64,000 bases of DNA from Rhizophagus irregularis (Eukaryota). The translations under genes were made by a program, and so were the position numbers. The stretch lies in NCBI RefSeq assembly GCF_026210795.1, contig NC_089432.1, positions 1,302,001 through 1,366,000 of the forward strand. Direction: 5' to 3'. Positions 1 to 11,861 of this stretch are shown piece by piece; within the stretch, counting starts at the first letter, position 1; each line of letters opens with the position of its first letter. The notes below the pieces were generated by a model, which saw nothing but the letters and a program-made list of their open reading frames with translations, searched no databases and had not been told where the DNA came from.

Positions 1-676
1 CAAATATCGAAAGTTTAGCGGTACAGAAATTCTCCATGTAAAAAACGAAAAATTTTAGTAATAATTTTTGTTGTAAAATGACCAAATTCTCAAAAAATTT
101 TTATTTTACATATGTTCAACGCCTCAACCTTTAAAACTAAGATATCATATACGTACTATCACGACAATAATTAGTAATTCTTAATTCGAATGCAAATCCT
201 AATACTGCTATATTATAAGCCAAATAATAGGGAGAATCGGATGTTTATTTGTGCCTTTTGTGCCTATCTATTATATTGATTATACGCTATAATTAATAGA
301 ATTTAACTAAGTTTGCTCTGGAAGATTATTCGAAGATTATATATACAAATAAACAAACAAACAAATAAATAAGACAATGACGTTTTTAAACCCATGAATA
401 GTTTCACAAGTGTAAATCGCTAATAAATCACACGAATTGAGGCTGTACATATTTATAGAACAAAGATATTAAGATTTTAAGAAAGCAGAGCAAATCATCT
501 GCTTCTAATAATAAATTCAAATTTAACATGATAAACAGCTTGACAAGGTAAAAATTTTATCATTATACTCGAAGCATTGATCCGATACTGCGGTATAACT
601 TTTTATCGAGTTTCACCGCGCGTAGAAATAAAAAATGCCAAGAAAACTATTTTTAGAAGCGAGCGGGTTCGGAACT
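1..676 (+). repeat. Upstream region of HMG gene 1; copy A of a direct segmental duplication
   Basis: Colinear with 1921-3060 (e.g. gcggtacagaaatt, catatacgtactatcacga, atttattagtcc-free blocks such as gaggctgtacatatttatagaa, aaaaaatgccaagaaa). Confidence 0.9.
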
Positions 677-805
677 CCAGATGAGCGTCATACCATGTAT
701 TAAAAGAAATTAATATATCGATATTTTTGCTATAAAATGGCCAAATTTTCCACGTCTCTAAAGAAGTAAATGAGATTCAAATTTATTTAGTTAGTAATTT
801 TCAAT

Positions 806-1366
806 ATGCCCAAAATCTCTTCAAATCAACAATATTACAAAAACGGCGAAAACTCCATTATTCTCAAACCATCATTTCCTTCTACTTTAATGATGGATGA
901 TCTAATTAAAAAAAACAATACTAATAATAATCCAAAACCTCTTCCAAACGCTTTTATTGCATATCGAATGGCATTAATGAAAGAATATCGCATTAAAAAT
1001 TGTAAATTACCTCCTATGAGTAAAGTTTCTAAAATCGCAAAAAATTCTTGGAACATGGAACCTAAACACGTAAAGGATTATTATGAATCACTTGTTAAGG
1101 ATGTAAAATCAATTTATAAACAAAATAATATTCAAATCGTGTTGGATAAACACATGAGCGGCATGGTAAATAATCAAGAAAGTTATGACACAGTCGTGAA
1201 TGAAAATCACCAGACTCAGAATTCTGGTAATGCTGAGAATTCTATCCATGATAATAAATTTAGCTCTCCTAGTGTCAGTTCAACTGATAGTTTGACTACT
1301 TCGATCAACGATCGAGAGTACATTAAAGTGTTGGAACAAACAATTGATTATTTACTTAAAAATTAA
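806..1366 (+). CDS. MATA-HMG box transcription factor-like protein
   Basis: Intronless 186-aa ORF with HMG-box signature PKPLPNAFIAYRMAL...SKIAKNSWNMEPKHVKDYYESL; paralogous to 6505..7329. Confidence 0.85.
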   Translation: MPKISSNQQYYKNGENSIILKPSFPSTLMMDDLIKKNNTNNNPKPLPNAFIAYRMALMKEYRIKNCKLPPMSKVSKIAKNSWNMEPKHVKDYYESLVKDVKSIYKQNNIQIVLDKHMSGMVNNQESYDTVVNENHQTQNSGNAENSIHDNKFSSPSVSSTDSLTTSINDREYIKVLEQTIDYLLKN

Positions 1367-2286
1367 TTGATTTATGTTTACAAATCTTAAAAAAAAAGCA
1401 TTGACCGTGAAATTGAAAAATAGTATTTATTTGTTTTTTTACACATAAATTTAATAGGTATATGAAATCCATTTAATATTTTAAATGGAGCTTATGTCAC
1501 ACAGGAATCCACTAATATGCTTATGTTACACAGAAATTTAATATGCAATTTAATAGATTTTTCCAAATCGGGAAATACCTATGGAAAATATTTAAAGTCT
1601 TCCTAATTATGGTTACTATATGACGTTTTTTTTTTATTCATGACTTTTGCAATTAATAATCAAATATAATTATTTTTCGTTGGTTGGCTTTATGAATTTT
1701 ATGAATTAATTTTAACCCAAATTACTCGTATTTTATTATAATAAATTTATAAGGAGCAAGAATTTTTTTTATAAGTTAATTAAACCGTTTTTTTTTTCGT
1801 TCAATAAGGTTTTAAACATTCATGAAATTGATTAGTTAATTATAATTTCTCTTATCCAAAAAATATTCTATACAAAAAAAAATTCATAATGTTAATAAAA
1901 GTGTTAAAAAATAAATAAATTCCGAAAATTTGGCGGTACAGAAATTTTCCATGTAAAAAAACGAATATTTTTAGCATTAATTTGTGTTGTAAAATGATCA
2001 AATTCTCAAAAAAATTTTTATTTTACATATGCTCAACGCCTCAGCCTTTAAAACTAAAATATCATATACGTACTATCACGAAAATAATTAATTCTTAATT
2101 TCGAATGCAAATCCGAATACTGCTATATTGCAAGCCAAATAATGACGAGAATTACGAGATTTTAAATCGGAAAATCGGATGTTTATTTGTGCCTTTTATG
2201 CCTATTATATCTATTATTTAACTATACGCCATAATTAATAGAATTTAAGTTTTCTCTAGAAGATTATTCGAAGATTATATATACAA

Positions 2287-2533
2287 CTCTATAAAAAATG
2301 TTTGTCCGATAAATATTCGGAATGGGTTGATTTTTTTCCGGACACTCGCACGCTATTACACAACATTTGGTACAATTTAATACAAGATGCGGAGATTGAG
2401 AATTTTTAACTACATAAAAAAACGTACAATATGATCATGATGAATGTCCAATAAATGTCAAGTAAATGTTCGGAACGGGGTCGATTTCCGAACAAAAAAC
2501 TGAAGTGTTTGGACAATATCATTTTTTATAGGG
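2287..2533. mobile_element. MITE with CCCTATAAAAAA-type termini and 3-bp TSD (CAA)
   Basis: ctctataaaaaatg ... cattttttataggg flanked by caa/caa; empty site atacaaataaac at ~343 in copy A. Confidence 0.85.
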
Positions 2534-2679
2534 CAAATAAACAAACAAATAAGACAATAAAAAAAGAATAGTTTCACAAGTGTAAATCGCTCATAAATCA
2601 TATTAATTGAGGCTGTACATATTTATAGAACTAAAAGATATTAAGATTTTAGGAAAACGGAGCAAATCATCTGCTTCTA

Positions 2680-2865
2680 CCCTATAAAAAATTTTATCCG
2701 TTATTTCTGTAAAAACTCCGTAAAAATGAGCCTTTCACGATTCATTCACAGAAAATGTAAATAAATCGATAAATTCCGTGATATAAGGTTATTAATTCCG
2801 GAAATATGAGCCTTTTACGGGAAAAAAAATGGAATATAAAAAACGGATCGACTTTTTTTACAGGG
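2680..2865. mobile_element. MITE with CCCTATAAAAAA termini and 3-bp TSD (CTA)
   Basis: ccctataaaaaa ... ttttttacaggg flanked by cta/cta; empty site cttctaata at ~502; close copy at 34770-34955. Confidence 0.9.
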
Positions 2866-3173
2866 CTAATAAGATTTAAAATTAACATGATAAAAATTTA
2901 GGACAAGGTAAAATTATATCATTATACTCGAAGCATTGATCAGATACAGCGGTATAATTTTTATTTTATTTTGATCCTTATCGAGTTTCACCGAATCATT
3001 CACGCGTAGAAACAAAAAATGCCAAGAAATCTATTTTTTAGGCGCGAACGGGTTCAGAACTAGGGGTAGAGCGGGATTCCAAGCTGATATATCAGAGTAT
3101 TCACCCTTCTTGCTAGATATTATACTGAGACTTCAAAAGCCTGTTTCCCCGTTGTAATGAATATATAGAAAGT

Positions 3174-3771
3174 AAGTAACGGAAATTGGCAAAGTAAGTA
3201 ACGTAAGTCACATGATCTATTACGTTACTTCTCTTATATAAGGTACGGAACGTAAATTTTTTTGGTAAATACTTTACGTTACTCCTTATATTTGCCACAT
3301 GATCGCGTCATGTTTATTTGTTTATCGAATCTCATTTTCAGTATACTCAATATGGTGATTTTTTTCTTTAAAATCAAAATGTGTGACTTGAATTTAATAT
3401 TTGCAAATAAAATTTCATTAAATAAGATTATTTTTAATTAAATATATTTGCAAAAAATTTTTTTTAAAAATATCTTCTCAATAAAATTTTAAGTTTAACC
3501 GATCAAAAATTAGCTAAAACAATCAGCCATCAGCCGATTAATAAATAAATTACTGTGCATCATGTGACAATTGTGACATACTTGAAAAAAAACCCAGGCG
3601 ATGATCGCTCAGGTGACGTTTAGCAATCCCCCTTATGTACCTTATATATAAAGGGAGTAACGTAAAGTAAATATAATTGACTTTACGTTCCGTGCCTTAT
3701 ATAAGGGGAGTAACGTAAATTGACCTAAATTAGTAATTTTACGTTACTTACTTAGCCAATTTCCGTTACTC
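3174..3771. mobile_element. Non-autonomous foldback DNA element with ~120-bp imperfect TIRs
   Basis: agtaacggaaattggcaaagtaagtaacgtaa at left is the inverse of ttacgttacttacttagccaatttccgttact at right; no clear TSD. Confidence 0.75.
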
Positions 3772-3871
3772 ACTTACTACCTGCCGTTGTGTCAACATTA
3801 TAGTTAATGAATATAAAGCGTTCGCGATTATTATTTTTTTTTTGTTTCTTTGGTTTTAGGCATATATTATA

Positions 3872-4283
3872 ATTAATTCGTGATCCGTATAACAAGTAGT
3901 GAAAATCACTATTCAAATTCGGGGGAATAAAAAAATTGTTTTTTGCGATGATCTGTTGACCCAGCAATCCAATTTCGATGAACAATTTTTGTTGTGTCCA
4001 CAAAATAAAAAAAAGATCATCGAAATTGGACCAATAGTAGCGATAATTATAAAACCTATTTTTAGTTCGGAGAATATCGTGAGGAATCTAGACCCGGTTT
4101 TGTAATTATCTCACGATCTATTGGTCCAATTTCGTCGATTTTTTTTTTATTTTTAATATAAAGAACGTGGAGAGTTACATAACAAAAAATGGATCACTAG
4201 AATACGAGATAATCGCAAAAAATGATTCCCCCCGAATTTGAATAGTGATTTTCACTACTTGTTTTATACGGATCACGAATTAA
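3872..4283. mobile_element. MITE with ~55-bp TIRs
   Basis: ttaattcgtgatccgtataacaagtagtgaaaatcactattcaaattcggggg is inverted at 4225-4283. Confidence 0.8.
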
Positions 4284-4321
4284 AATAAAAAATTTAAAAC
4301 TTTCTTGCATATGTAAGAATA

Positions 4322-4760
4322 GTATCGGGACTTTTTGCCGAAAACCGAATGAACGTTTCACCGAATGGTCGGACGTTTCGCCGAATAAAACATTCCGAAA
4401 AATTATTTATTCTATTTGGTCATTTTATTTTTTTTATACTAAAGAATTAGATGAAATTTATCTCATCTTTATAGATTGGTTGTTTATAATATCAGATATA
4501 TTAATCTTTTTTTTACATACTTTTTCGTAAATAAATGTTTTCAGGAAAATTATTTATTGCGCAACAATTAATATCAGTTAAAAGAATTGGTTCAAACGCT
4601 TCATTTTCATTGCACGTTGAATATTTTTTATAAAAATGTTTAATTGCTACCATTTTCGGTGAAATGGAATTCGGTGAAATGGGAATTCAGTGAAATGGAA
4701 ATTCGGTGAAATGAATTTGATAAATTTCCCTTCGGCGAAATTTTAAGAATTGTATTACGA
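4322..4760. mobile_element. Non-autonomous element with subterminal TTCGGTGAAA arrays
   Basis: tttcaccgaa units at left, ttcggtgaaatgg units at right; internal AT-rich core shared with 23155-23740. Confidence 0.7.
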
Positions 4761-5422
4761 TCGATCAAGTGATTTGTTACACGGAAACGTTGTAACACGT
4801 TTGTAGTAATTAAATTTCCGAAACAGGTTTTCAAATTTAGCAATAGACATTACCTTTTTAATTCAATTTTGAACACAAGAGTTTTTTTATTTAAAAAGAT
4901 TTGTTTCAATATAATTTAAAAAGGACTTATCACAAAGTGTAAATTAATTTTTTTTAGTAATAGTTTTTACTATGATATTTGTAACATTCGTAATTTATTA
5001 TTCAAGAATTGATTTTCAAATTTTTATATTCTCATTAGTTGATTCCTGCAATTATTACATTAACATAAATATTCGTAGAATTTGACGATATCCCGAGTTA
5101 GTTTATTACCACGTGATTAAATGCTAAAAAATAGTAGTTTTAAAATTAAAAAACTTACAGCAATAGCTTTTTATGGTTTAAAACGTTCTGAATGAGTTAA
5201 CACATAACATAAATCGCAGTTAAAATTTATAAAGTCAACATACAAATAATTATTACTAGAAAACGGAAACCGTTAAAGTCGTCGCGCTTATTTACTCGGT
5301 ATCTTTTTTTATTAAAAAAAAAAAAGTAATTGTTTACGAAAATAGCATATAAAAATACGTAACACAAAATAAAATAAGCAGTGTTACAAAATCATCATTC
5401 ATAATCGAAAAAGCAAATTAAT

Positions 5423-5529
5423 GAGGTGACGTCAGCGGATGGACAGAAGGAAAATTTCATGGGTTAATCCAAAATTGTCAGTTATAAGTGCTCTACAATA
5501 GAAAGTCCTTCGCTACGCTCCGGACAATA
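5423..5529 (+). repeat. Short dispersed repeat ending in gtccttcgctacgctccggacaa
   Basis: Inverted similar copy at 24821-24900 (ttgtccggagcgaggcgaaggac...). Confidence 0.5.
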
Positions 5530-6504
5530 AAGGACTTGAAAATTTTCGATAAATATGTATACGTTAACAATTTTCAATGTCTTTTTCAGATTGCCAACAT
5601 GAAAGATTAATTTCTAAGTAATTTGAATGTAATTTTTCTTATTTGATTTTGCATCTTGATCAATTAATAATTCATGAATCTATTCATTCATTCACACAAT
5701 TCTACAAAAATAAAAAAAAGTGATTTTTCCTTTATTGTTAATGTTGGAAGGTACGATCATACTATATATCTAAATGATTTTTTATAATAGTAAGAGCCGC
5801 AGAATGCTTTTATATTATATTAACCCTTCAATTCGCATTCATCAACTAATCGTCTGGCCAATAATAGCAAGGATATAATCATTATTTAATAACGTAAGAT
5901 GTTGGATAGGCATTATTAATAAAACTATGGCAAGGATGGACGTGAAATGCCGCCGGTAAAATGGTACAGATGTTCTTTAAATTAGAAAACAAAAGAATAC
6001 TATTTACTTATAAGCAACAGACTTTTCAACTTAGAAAAATCTTAGTTTCTCCTCATAATTTGTTTATGATTCATACGAAAGAATGGACTAAAATTCTTTG
6101 CACAAGTTAAAATGTGCAATGAAACAAATTTATTGTCATAAAGAATTACAGTATTTTAATATAGGAAATATAAATGAAATTACGACTCACGCCTCCCACC
6201 GCACTCATACAAATTAAAAGATCGAAAGATTTAATTTAATCGACATAAAAAATTTTTAATTTAACCACTATATTCAGATTATTCAGATTAATCGTGTTGT
6301 ACGTAAGACCAGCTCGTCGCACGAATTCTATATATTTTTTAACATACTTTATAAATTTAATTTTCATAAGATCAATACTATATTTGCCGTATTATTTAAC
6401 TTATATTAAAGAATTGAAATGTCTTAATGTTAACGTTTCATAATCAATTGCAATTAATAGATTGTACGTATGTAAAACGAAATCATGCCAATTTTTAGTT
6501 TTTA

Positions 6505-7329
6505 TCAATAATGTTCGCAAATTTGCCAATGTGAACCGATTAAGTTCGCGATTATTTGTTCCAACACTTTAATGTACTCTCGATCATTAAGTGTTGAATT
6601 TAATTCATAGGGAATGTCGGGTAAAGAATTAACTAAGGAAATGTTAGCGGTAGGAATACCAGCATTATTATTATTTTCAGCACTAGCGACTGAATTGTGA
6701 ATAGGGTACTCTCGATTATTAAGTGTTGAATTTATTTCATAGGGAATGTCGGGTAAAGAATTAACTAAGGAAATGTTAACGGTAGGAATACCAGCATTAT
6801 TATTATTTTCAGCACTAGCGACTGAATTGTGGATAGGATTTACTTTCTCGAGTTGCTTTTCAGTTACGTCACTTCCTTGTTCCGTGTAATCCATATGTTT
6901 ATCCAATAAAATTTGAATGTTATTTTTCTTATAAGTTGATTTCGCTTCCTTAACAAGTGCTTCATAAAAATCTTTTACATTCTTGGGTTCCATATTCCAA
7001 AAATTTTTAGCGATTTTAGAAACTTCACCCATAGAAGGTAATTTACAATTTTTAATACGAAATTCTCTCACTAATGCCATTCTATACGCGATAAATGCGT
7101 TTGGAAACCATTTTGGTTTGTTATTTGTATTAGCGGTTTTGATTAGATCTTTAGTAGTTATAGTTGAAGGAAAAGCTGGTTTGAGGTTAATGAATAAATT
7201 ATTGTAGTTATTCCCATTAAAATTTGTTTCGTTATTTAAATTGGAATTATCTACATGATCACTAACATTAGAATTAATAAATGTAAAATGTTTAAGACTT
7301 TTTTGTCTTCTTAATGTATTTTTAGGCAT
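6505..7329 (-). CDS. MATA-HMG box transcription factor-like protein with internal 44-aa duplication
   Basis: PKWFPNAFIAYRMAL...SKIAKNFWNMEPKNVKDFYEAL; shares C-terminal DREYIKVLEQ with 806..1366. Confidence 0.85.
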   Translation of the reverse strand: MPKNTLRRQKSLKHFTFINSNVSDHVDNSNLNNETNFNGNNYNNLFINLKPAFPSTITTKDLIKTANTNNKPKWFPNAFIAYRMALVREFRIKNCKLPSMGEVSKIAKNFWNMEPKNVKDFYEALVKEAKSTYKKNNIQILLDKHMDYTEQGSDVTEKQLEKVNPIHNSVASAENNNNAGIPTVNISLVNSLPDIPYEINSTLNNREYPIHNSVASAENNNNAGIPTANISLVNSLPDIPYELNSTLNDREYIKVLEQIIANLIGSHWQICEHY

Positions 7330-9833
7330 ATTAAATCATACAGTAAAATATTTTCAAATAATTCAAAATATTCTAGAGAATTCTATCTTATAGCGAATTT
7401 AAAATTGACATACGCGAGCTTTTTATATAATTATTTTTCGACAGGTTTATTGTAGATCATTTTTATAAAAATCAAAATAAGTGATGCGTTTATAGAAAAT
7501 TTAATATCTTCTGAACCAAACGAATCTTTACAATTATCCAAAAAAAGGAATTAAGACTCCTGAATTTCATCCAAATGGAGATTTTCCATAACTTCCGTGT
7601 TTAGTATCAAATAATTTATGTATTATTTTATTAGTCCGAAGAATAATAAAGAACTATACACTTCTACGGATGTCCGTCCGGCAACGTGACTATGTACGAC
7701 AATAAGACAAATGGCTATATATAGTGTTTTATAAAAAAAACTCTTAAATGTGAATTGATAGAATATATTTGGTTGAATTTTTTTATAGGGTTAGCTAAAC
7801 TAAATTAAGTAAATAAGCTAAACTAATTGGAGTAACACGTGATTATTTGACATGATTATATTTTTAAAAAAAATTAAATGCACACATTTTATGCAACTGA
7901 TCTAATTACAAATATAATATTTTATTCTATTTTTATCTCTAATTTTATTTTTTGTATGAATATGTAATCTATATAGTGTTCATTAACCATTAAAATATTT
8001 TTTTAAATTATGTTACTATCAGTGACATAATTTAATGTAGATTTGAGCACCTGGAGCGAGTAAGAAAATTTTAGGTTTATTTACTCAATTATAATATTTC
8101 CAATATTGAAAATAATATTATTAATGAGAATAACTCCAGAGCATATCATTATTTCAAAATTTAATTATTACCGCCGATTTAATCAAAAAAATACATAAAT
8201 TAATAAACAAAAATGTTTTCAAATTGGTGCTGAACCTTAACATGTAAAGGATGGTCCTTTGGCCGAAAAACTTCGTAAACAAGTTTTATTCGTAACTTTA
8301 TAAATATTTTTAATGAAATTTCATTATTTTTGTACATTGATCAATTTTACGAATATTTTCTCAAAATTTGGCGAAAAATCGCCATTTTATTTTGTAACTT
8401 ATGTTACACCAATTATAAAAACTTAAGTTATTATCAATTAGTAAATAATATACGATAAATTATCTTTCGTTTTCAAAAGTACGTTATTTTTGTATTAAGC
8501 TTTATCTATTACTCATCTAATTTTAGCTTTTTGAAAATCTTTTTTGCTTATTAAATTTCATGATTTAACTAAAAAAAAAATGTTTTTTATAAAAAATGCA
8601 TTTGATTTCATCATATACTTTGGGCTAAGCTGATTTTGTAATTCAGCGTTTACCCGTAAATTTCCAGAATTTTCGATCAAAATGCAAGTTTCGCAATCTG
8701 ATTGGTGCATATGAAAAATCAGCACAGATTTGTTTATATCAATCATGTTTCAACATTTACGCTCAATTTCATTATTAAAAATTTTTAAATGCAGAATATA
8801 TAATAATATAATTATTTAAAAACAAATGAACGTACATATCATGAATTAATTGAATTAAAGGATAATTATGAAAATTTAAATTATAGACGATTTCTATTTG
8901 TACGTTCAAACACGGGTTTACAAAAAAGTAAATTTTTATGCCGATTATTTAATGTTGGGTAGAATTAAATTTAACGAAAAAAAACGAAAAAAAAAACAGA
9001 TTTCCTTTGAAAATTTATTAAGAATTTTTGCGCATAATTTTTTTTTTCTTTTTAATAAGTCACGTGATACGTGTATGAACACTTAGTGTAAATTAAGAAA
9101 TTTTCTTTAAATTATTAATAAAAATCACGCGGAGATAACCAAATAATCCTCTATTAAAGTAATGTTTGTTATTTCAATATTTAATTTCATCATTAAATTT
9201 ATTTTTGATTTTGCAAACAAAGATTTATATACAGTGTATAACAAATATAATTATTTAAAAACAAATGTAATTATTCGATTTTTTTTTATGAGCATGATTA
9301 TTATTAATAAAAAATACTACAAATTAAAATTCAAACCAATTTAAATATTACTTGTCATTCATAATTTTTCATTATGTCGCATAATAGCAATAATAACAGC
9401 ACATATTTTTTATTCCAGGAGTTATTAAAATTTAATTTCCACAAAAATTTATATACGTGACACATTATATTTATTAACGATGTTATTTATACAGTTTTTC
9501 ACCGAATTATCTTATGAATAATATGGAATAATCCGTTTGAATAATCCGAATTATTCTAGATAACGAACATATGGTTTAATGATTCAATATTAAATTTTAA
9601 CTTTCATGTACCAATTATTATTCTTTAACAAAATGTCAATCATACATGTATCAATATTAAGGGTCAATTAATTTTTGGTATATACCTATATTTTGATGAT
9701 CGTACCTTACTTTTTTTAGCAAAAATATTTTACCCTATAGGGTTATCCGTAGATCCGAATATCAATCCGGATAATAGGATAGTCCTATAGAATTTATTTG
9801 CGGTTTGATATATAGTGAATTCGTTATATAATA

Positions 9834-10460
9834 CAGTCAACTCTATAAATGCACCCATATAAATGCATACCCTTTTTAAGCTGAAATAAGGTTCTATACA
9901 GATCAGGTCAGATCAGATCAGATCAGATTTAGATAAGATTTGAAATTTAAATGACTATTTAATCCGCCCAAGTTGGGAATTAGTGCTAAATGCACCCGAT
10001 TTTTAAATTCCGTTAATATAAAGATTTCTATATAAATGCATTTACGTGACTTCGTGAAATTTTCACGTCATGTTTTGACTGAAATTATGAAATTATCAAA
10101 TTAATAAAGTGTTAATTTTTTAAAATTTCTTTTAAGATTAATCGTTGAGTATATTATCTAATGAAGGGATTAATTATTAAGTGAATTATCTTATAAATTT
10201 TTAATGCATCCCTTATTAAATTTTGTACATAATGTGATACATTGTGACTGCGGTATTGTTGCGGTTTTACGTTCATGTTCTTGAACTATGAAAAAGTTAT
10301 TATTCTAGCCGATGATTAAAAGTATGATAATTACACATATTTATACATAATTACAGATAATCTATAAATTCATATTCCGGTATTTTTTTTTTATAATATA
10401 AATTAATGATATGCACACTTATTTCCGGTCTCAAGGGAGTGCATTTATAGAGAGTTGAAC
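9834..10460. mobile_element. Tc1/mariner-pogo-like MITE (degenerate right end)
   Basis: ta|cagtcaactctataaatgcac at left; gtgcatttatagagagttga at right. Confidence 0.6.
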
Positions 10461-10685
10461 TTCTAGATAATTTAGGCCAAATTTGTGGTGCTGGTCAAAA
10501 TTAATAATTCGCTTGACATAACCGGCACTATAAATTTGGCCTGGATTAGTATATTGCCACAGTCACATGACTGTTCATTTTAGAAAATACAAGAATATTA
10601 TATGGCTAATATATGCATGGGGGTTAAGTTCGGATACGTTATATAGTATTTTATTATAAAAGTTTATAAAAAATCGGTTTTCGGA

Positions 10686-11205
10686 GATTTCGGTAGTGAG
10701 AGCCATATTGCGGAATTTCTTGCTCGACAAATACAGTCAGTTCTTGAAGATATTGGCATTCAAAAGTTTGTAGGTATCGTGACAGATGCTGGATCAAATG
10801 TTCATTCTGCACGAAATTTAATTACTGAAAGATTTCCACATCCTCAATATTAGATATGTAGCATATTCACTAAATTTGATTACAAAAGATTTAATAAAAT
10901 ATACATTTTCAAAAAATTATTCAATGGTATACAGTTATTGTAACATATTTTAAAAAGTCACATAGACTCAAAGAACTACTAGAATTGAAAATTAAATTAA
11001 GAAAAACAGATTGGAGGTGATGGATTAAAAAACATATTTGGATACGAGATGGATGACTGTTTATAAGATGTAGATTCCAATTTCTTAGCTAGAAATTTGT
11101 TTCAAAGAAGTATAACTTTATTATTTTAATTTTATTATTTATTTTGTAAGATAAAATTGTAAATTTGCAATCAATTTTATTTGTTAAATATTTCACTAGG
11201 TTATC
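10686..11205 (+). pseudogene. hAT-family transposase relic, 5' part
   Basis: Translates SHIAEFLARQIQSVLEDIGIQKFVGIVTDAGSNVHSAR, then (frameshift) NIRYVAYSLNLITKD (degenerate CxxH) and DTRW; intron ~11110-11199. Confidence 0.8.
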
Positions 11206-11714
11206 TTTTTTTTTTTAAAAACTGTAACGCATCTTATTACTGTTGGGCTAAAACCCTGTAGTGTACAAGATACCTGGAGCGTAACTTGCAAATCAAGACG
11301 CATCCCCATAACAGAGTTTATCCTAGTCTAATGCATAAAATCAAATAAATAAAATAAAACAAAAGAAGAACAAACCCATTCCTATGTCTAACCTAAAACT
11401 AGACTATGGTGGACCTAACTAAAATTAATCAAAACATTTTGTAGGAAAAAAAATTACGAGAGAAAATTTATAATAAGACTGAAACCAAAGCTGTAAAAAC
11501 AGATGAATCCCAATAGATCCACGCCCAGTAAACATTATTTCAACCTTTTCCCCCCATCATTATTGACCCTACAAAAAAGAAAAATTAGTATACTATTCTA
11601 TTAATTTACATTTGTGAGAAATTTTCTATCGGAAATAATTTTTTTAACGTGAATCACGTGACTTCGATTAACAAATGTAAATATCTACACTCTTTGCTTC
11701 GATCCTTTTCCTAT
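11206..11714 (-). mobile_element. 3' part with A11 tail of a minus-strand retroposed element (host of the LINE)
   Basis: T11 at 11206-11216 directly follows atttcactaggttatc (11190-11205), which recurs as atttcactag-ccag-gttatc at 20771-20790. Confidence 0.7.
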
Positions 11715-11861
11715 GGGCTTATTTAAAAAAACTCTTTCCGACGATCGTAAAATACCAAAAATTCACAGAAGAAATTTTCGTTAAAAAACACATTTCTTTA
11801 TAGACAAGTACCATTTTCTTCACCAGTTTTGGCCTCTACGTTCTCTTCGGAACATTATCAT

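Larger units (their letters stand above)
1921..3060 (+). repeat. Copy B of the HMG upstream region, carrying two MITE insertions and lacking the CDS
   Basis: Matches 1-676 except for insertions at 2287-2533 and 2680-2865; similarity ends at gggttcagaact (~3061). Confidence 0.9.

Noticed and set aside
835..1056. Antisense ORFs in both HMG genes (also 6983-7207) and in the LINE ORFs
   Set aside because: Shadow frames of conserved sense coding sequence.
4650..4740. CRISPR-like short repeats (also 23570-23730, 42740-42835)
   Set aside because: No unique spacers or cas genes; they are subterminal repeats of MITEs in eukaryotic DNA.
806..7329. Mating-type locus
   Set aside because: MATA-HMG genes are highly multicopy in this lineage and no homeodomain pair or diagnostic flanking genes are present.
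7725..7790. Another CCCTAT MITE
   Set aside because: Only the right end (ttttttataggg) is clear; no matching left end or TSD.
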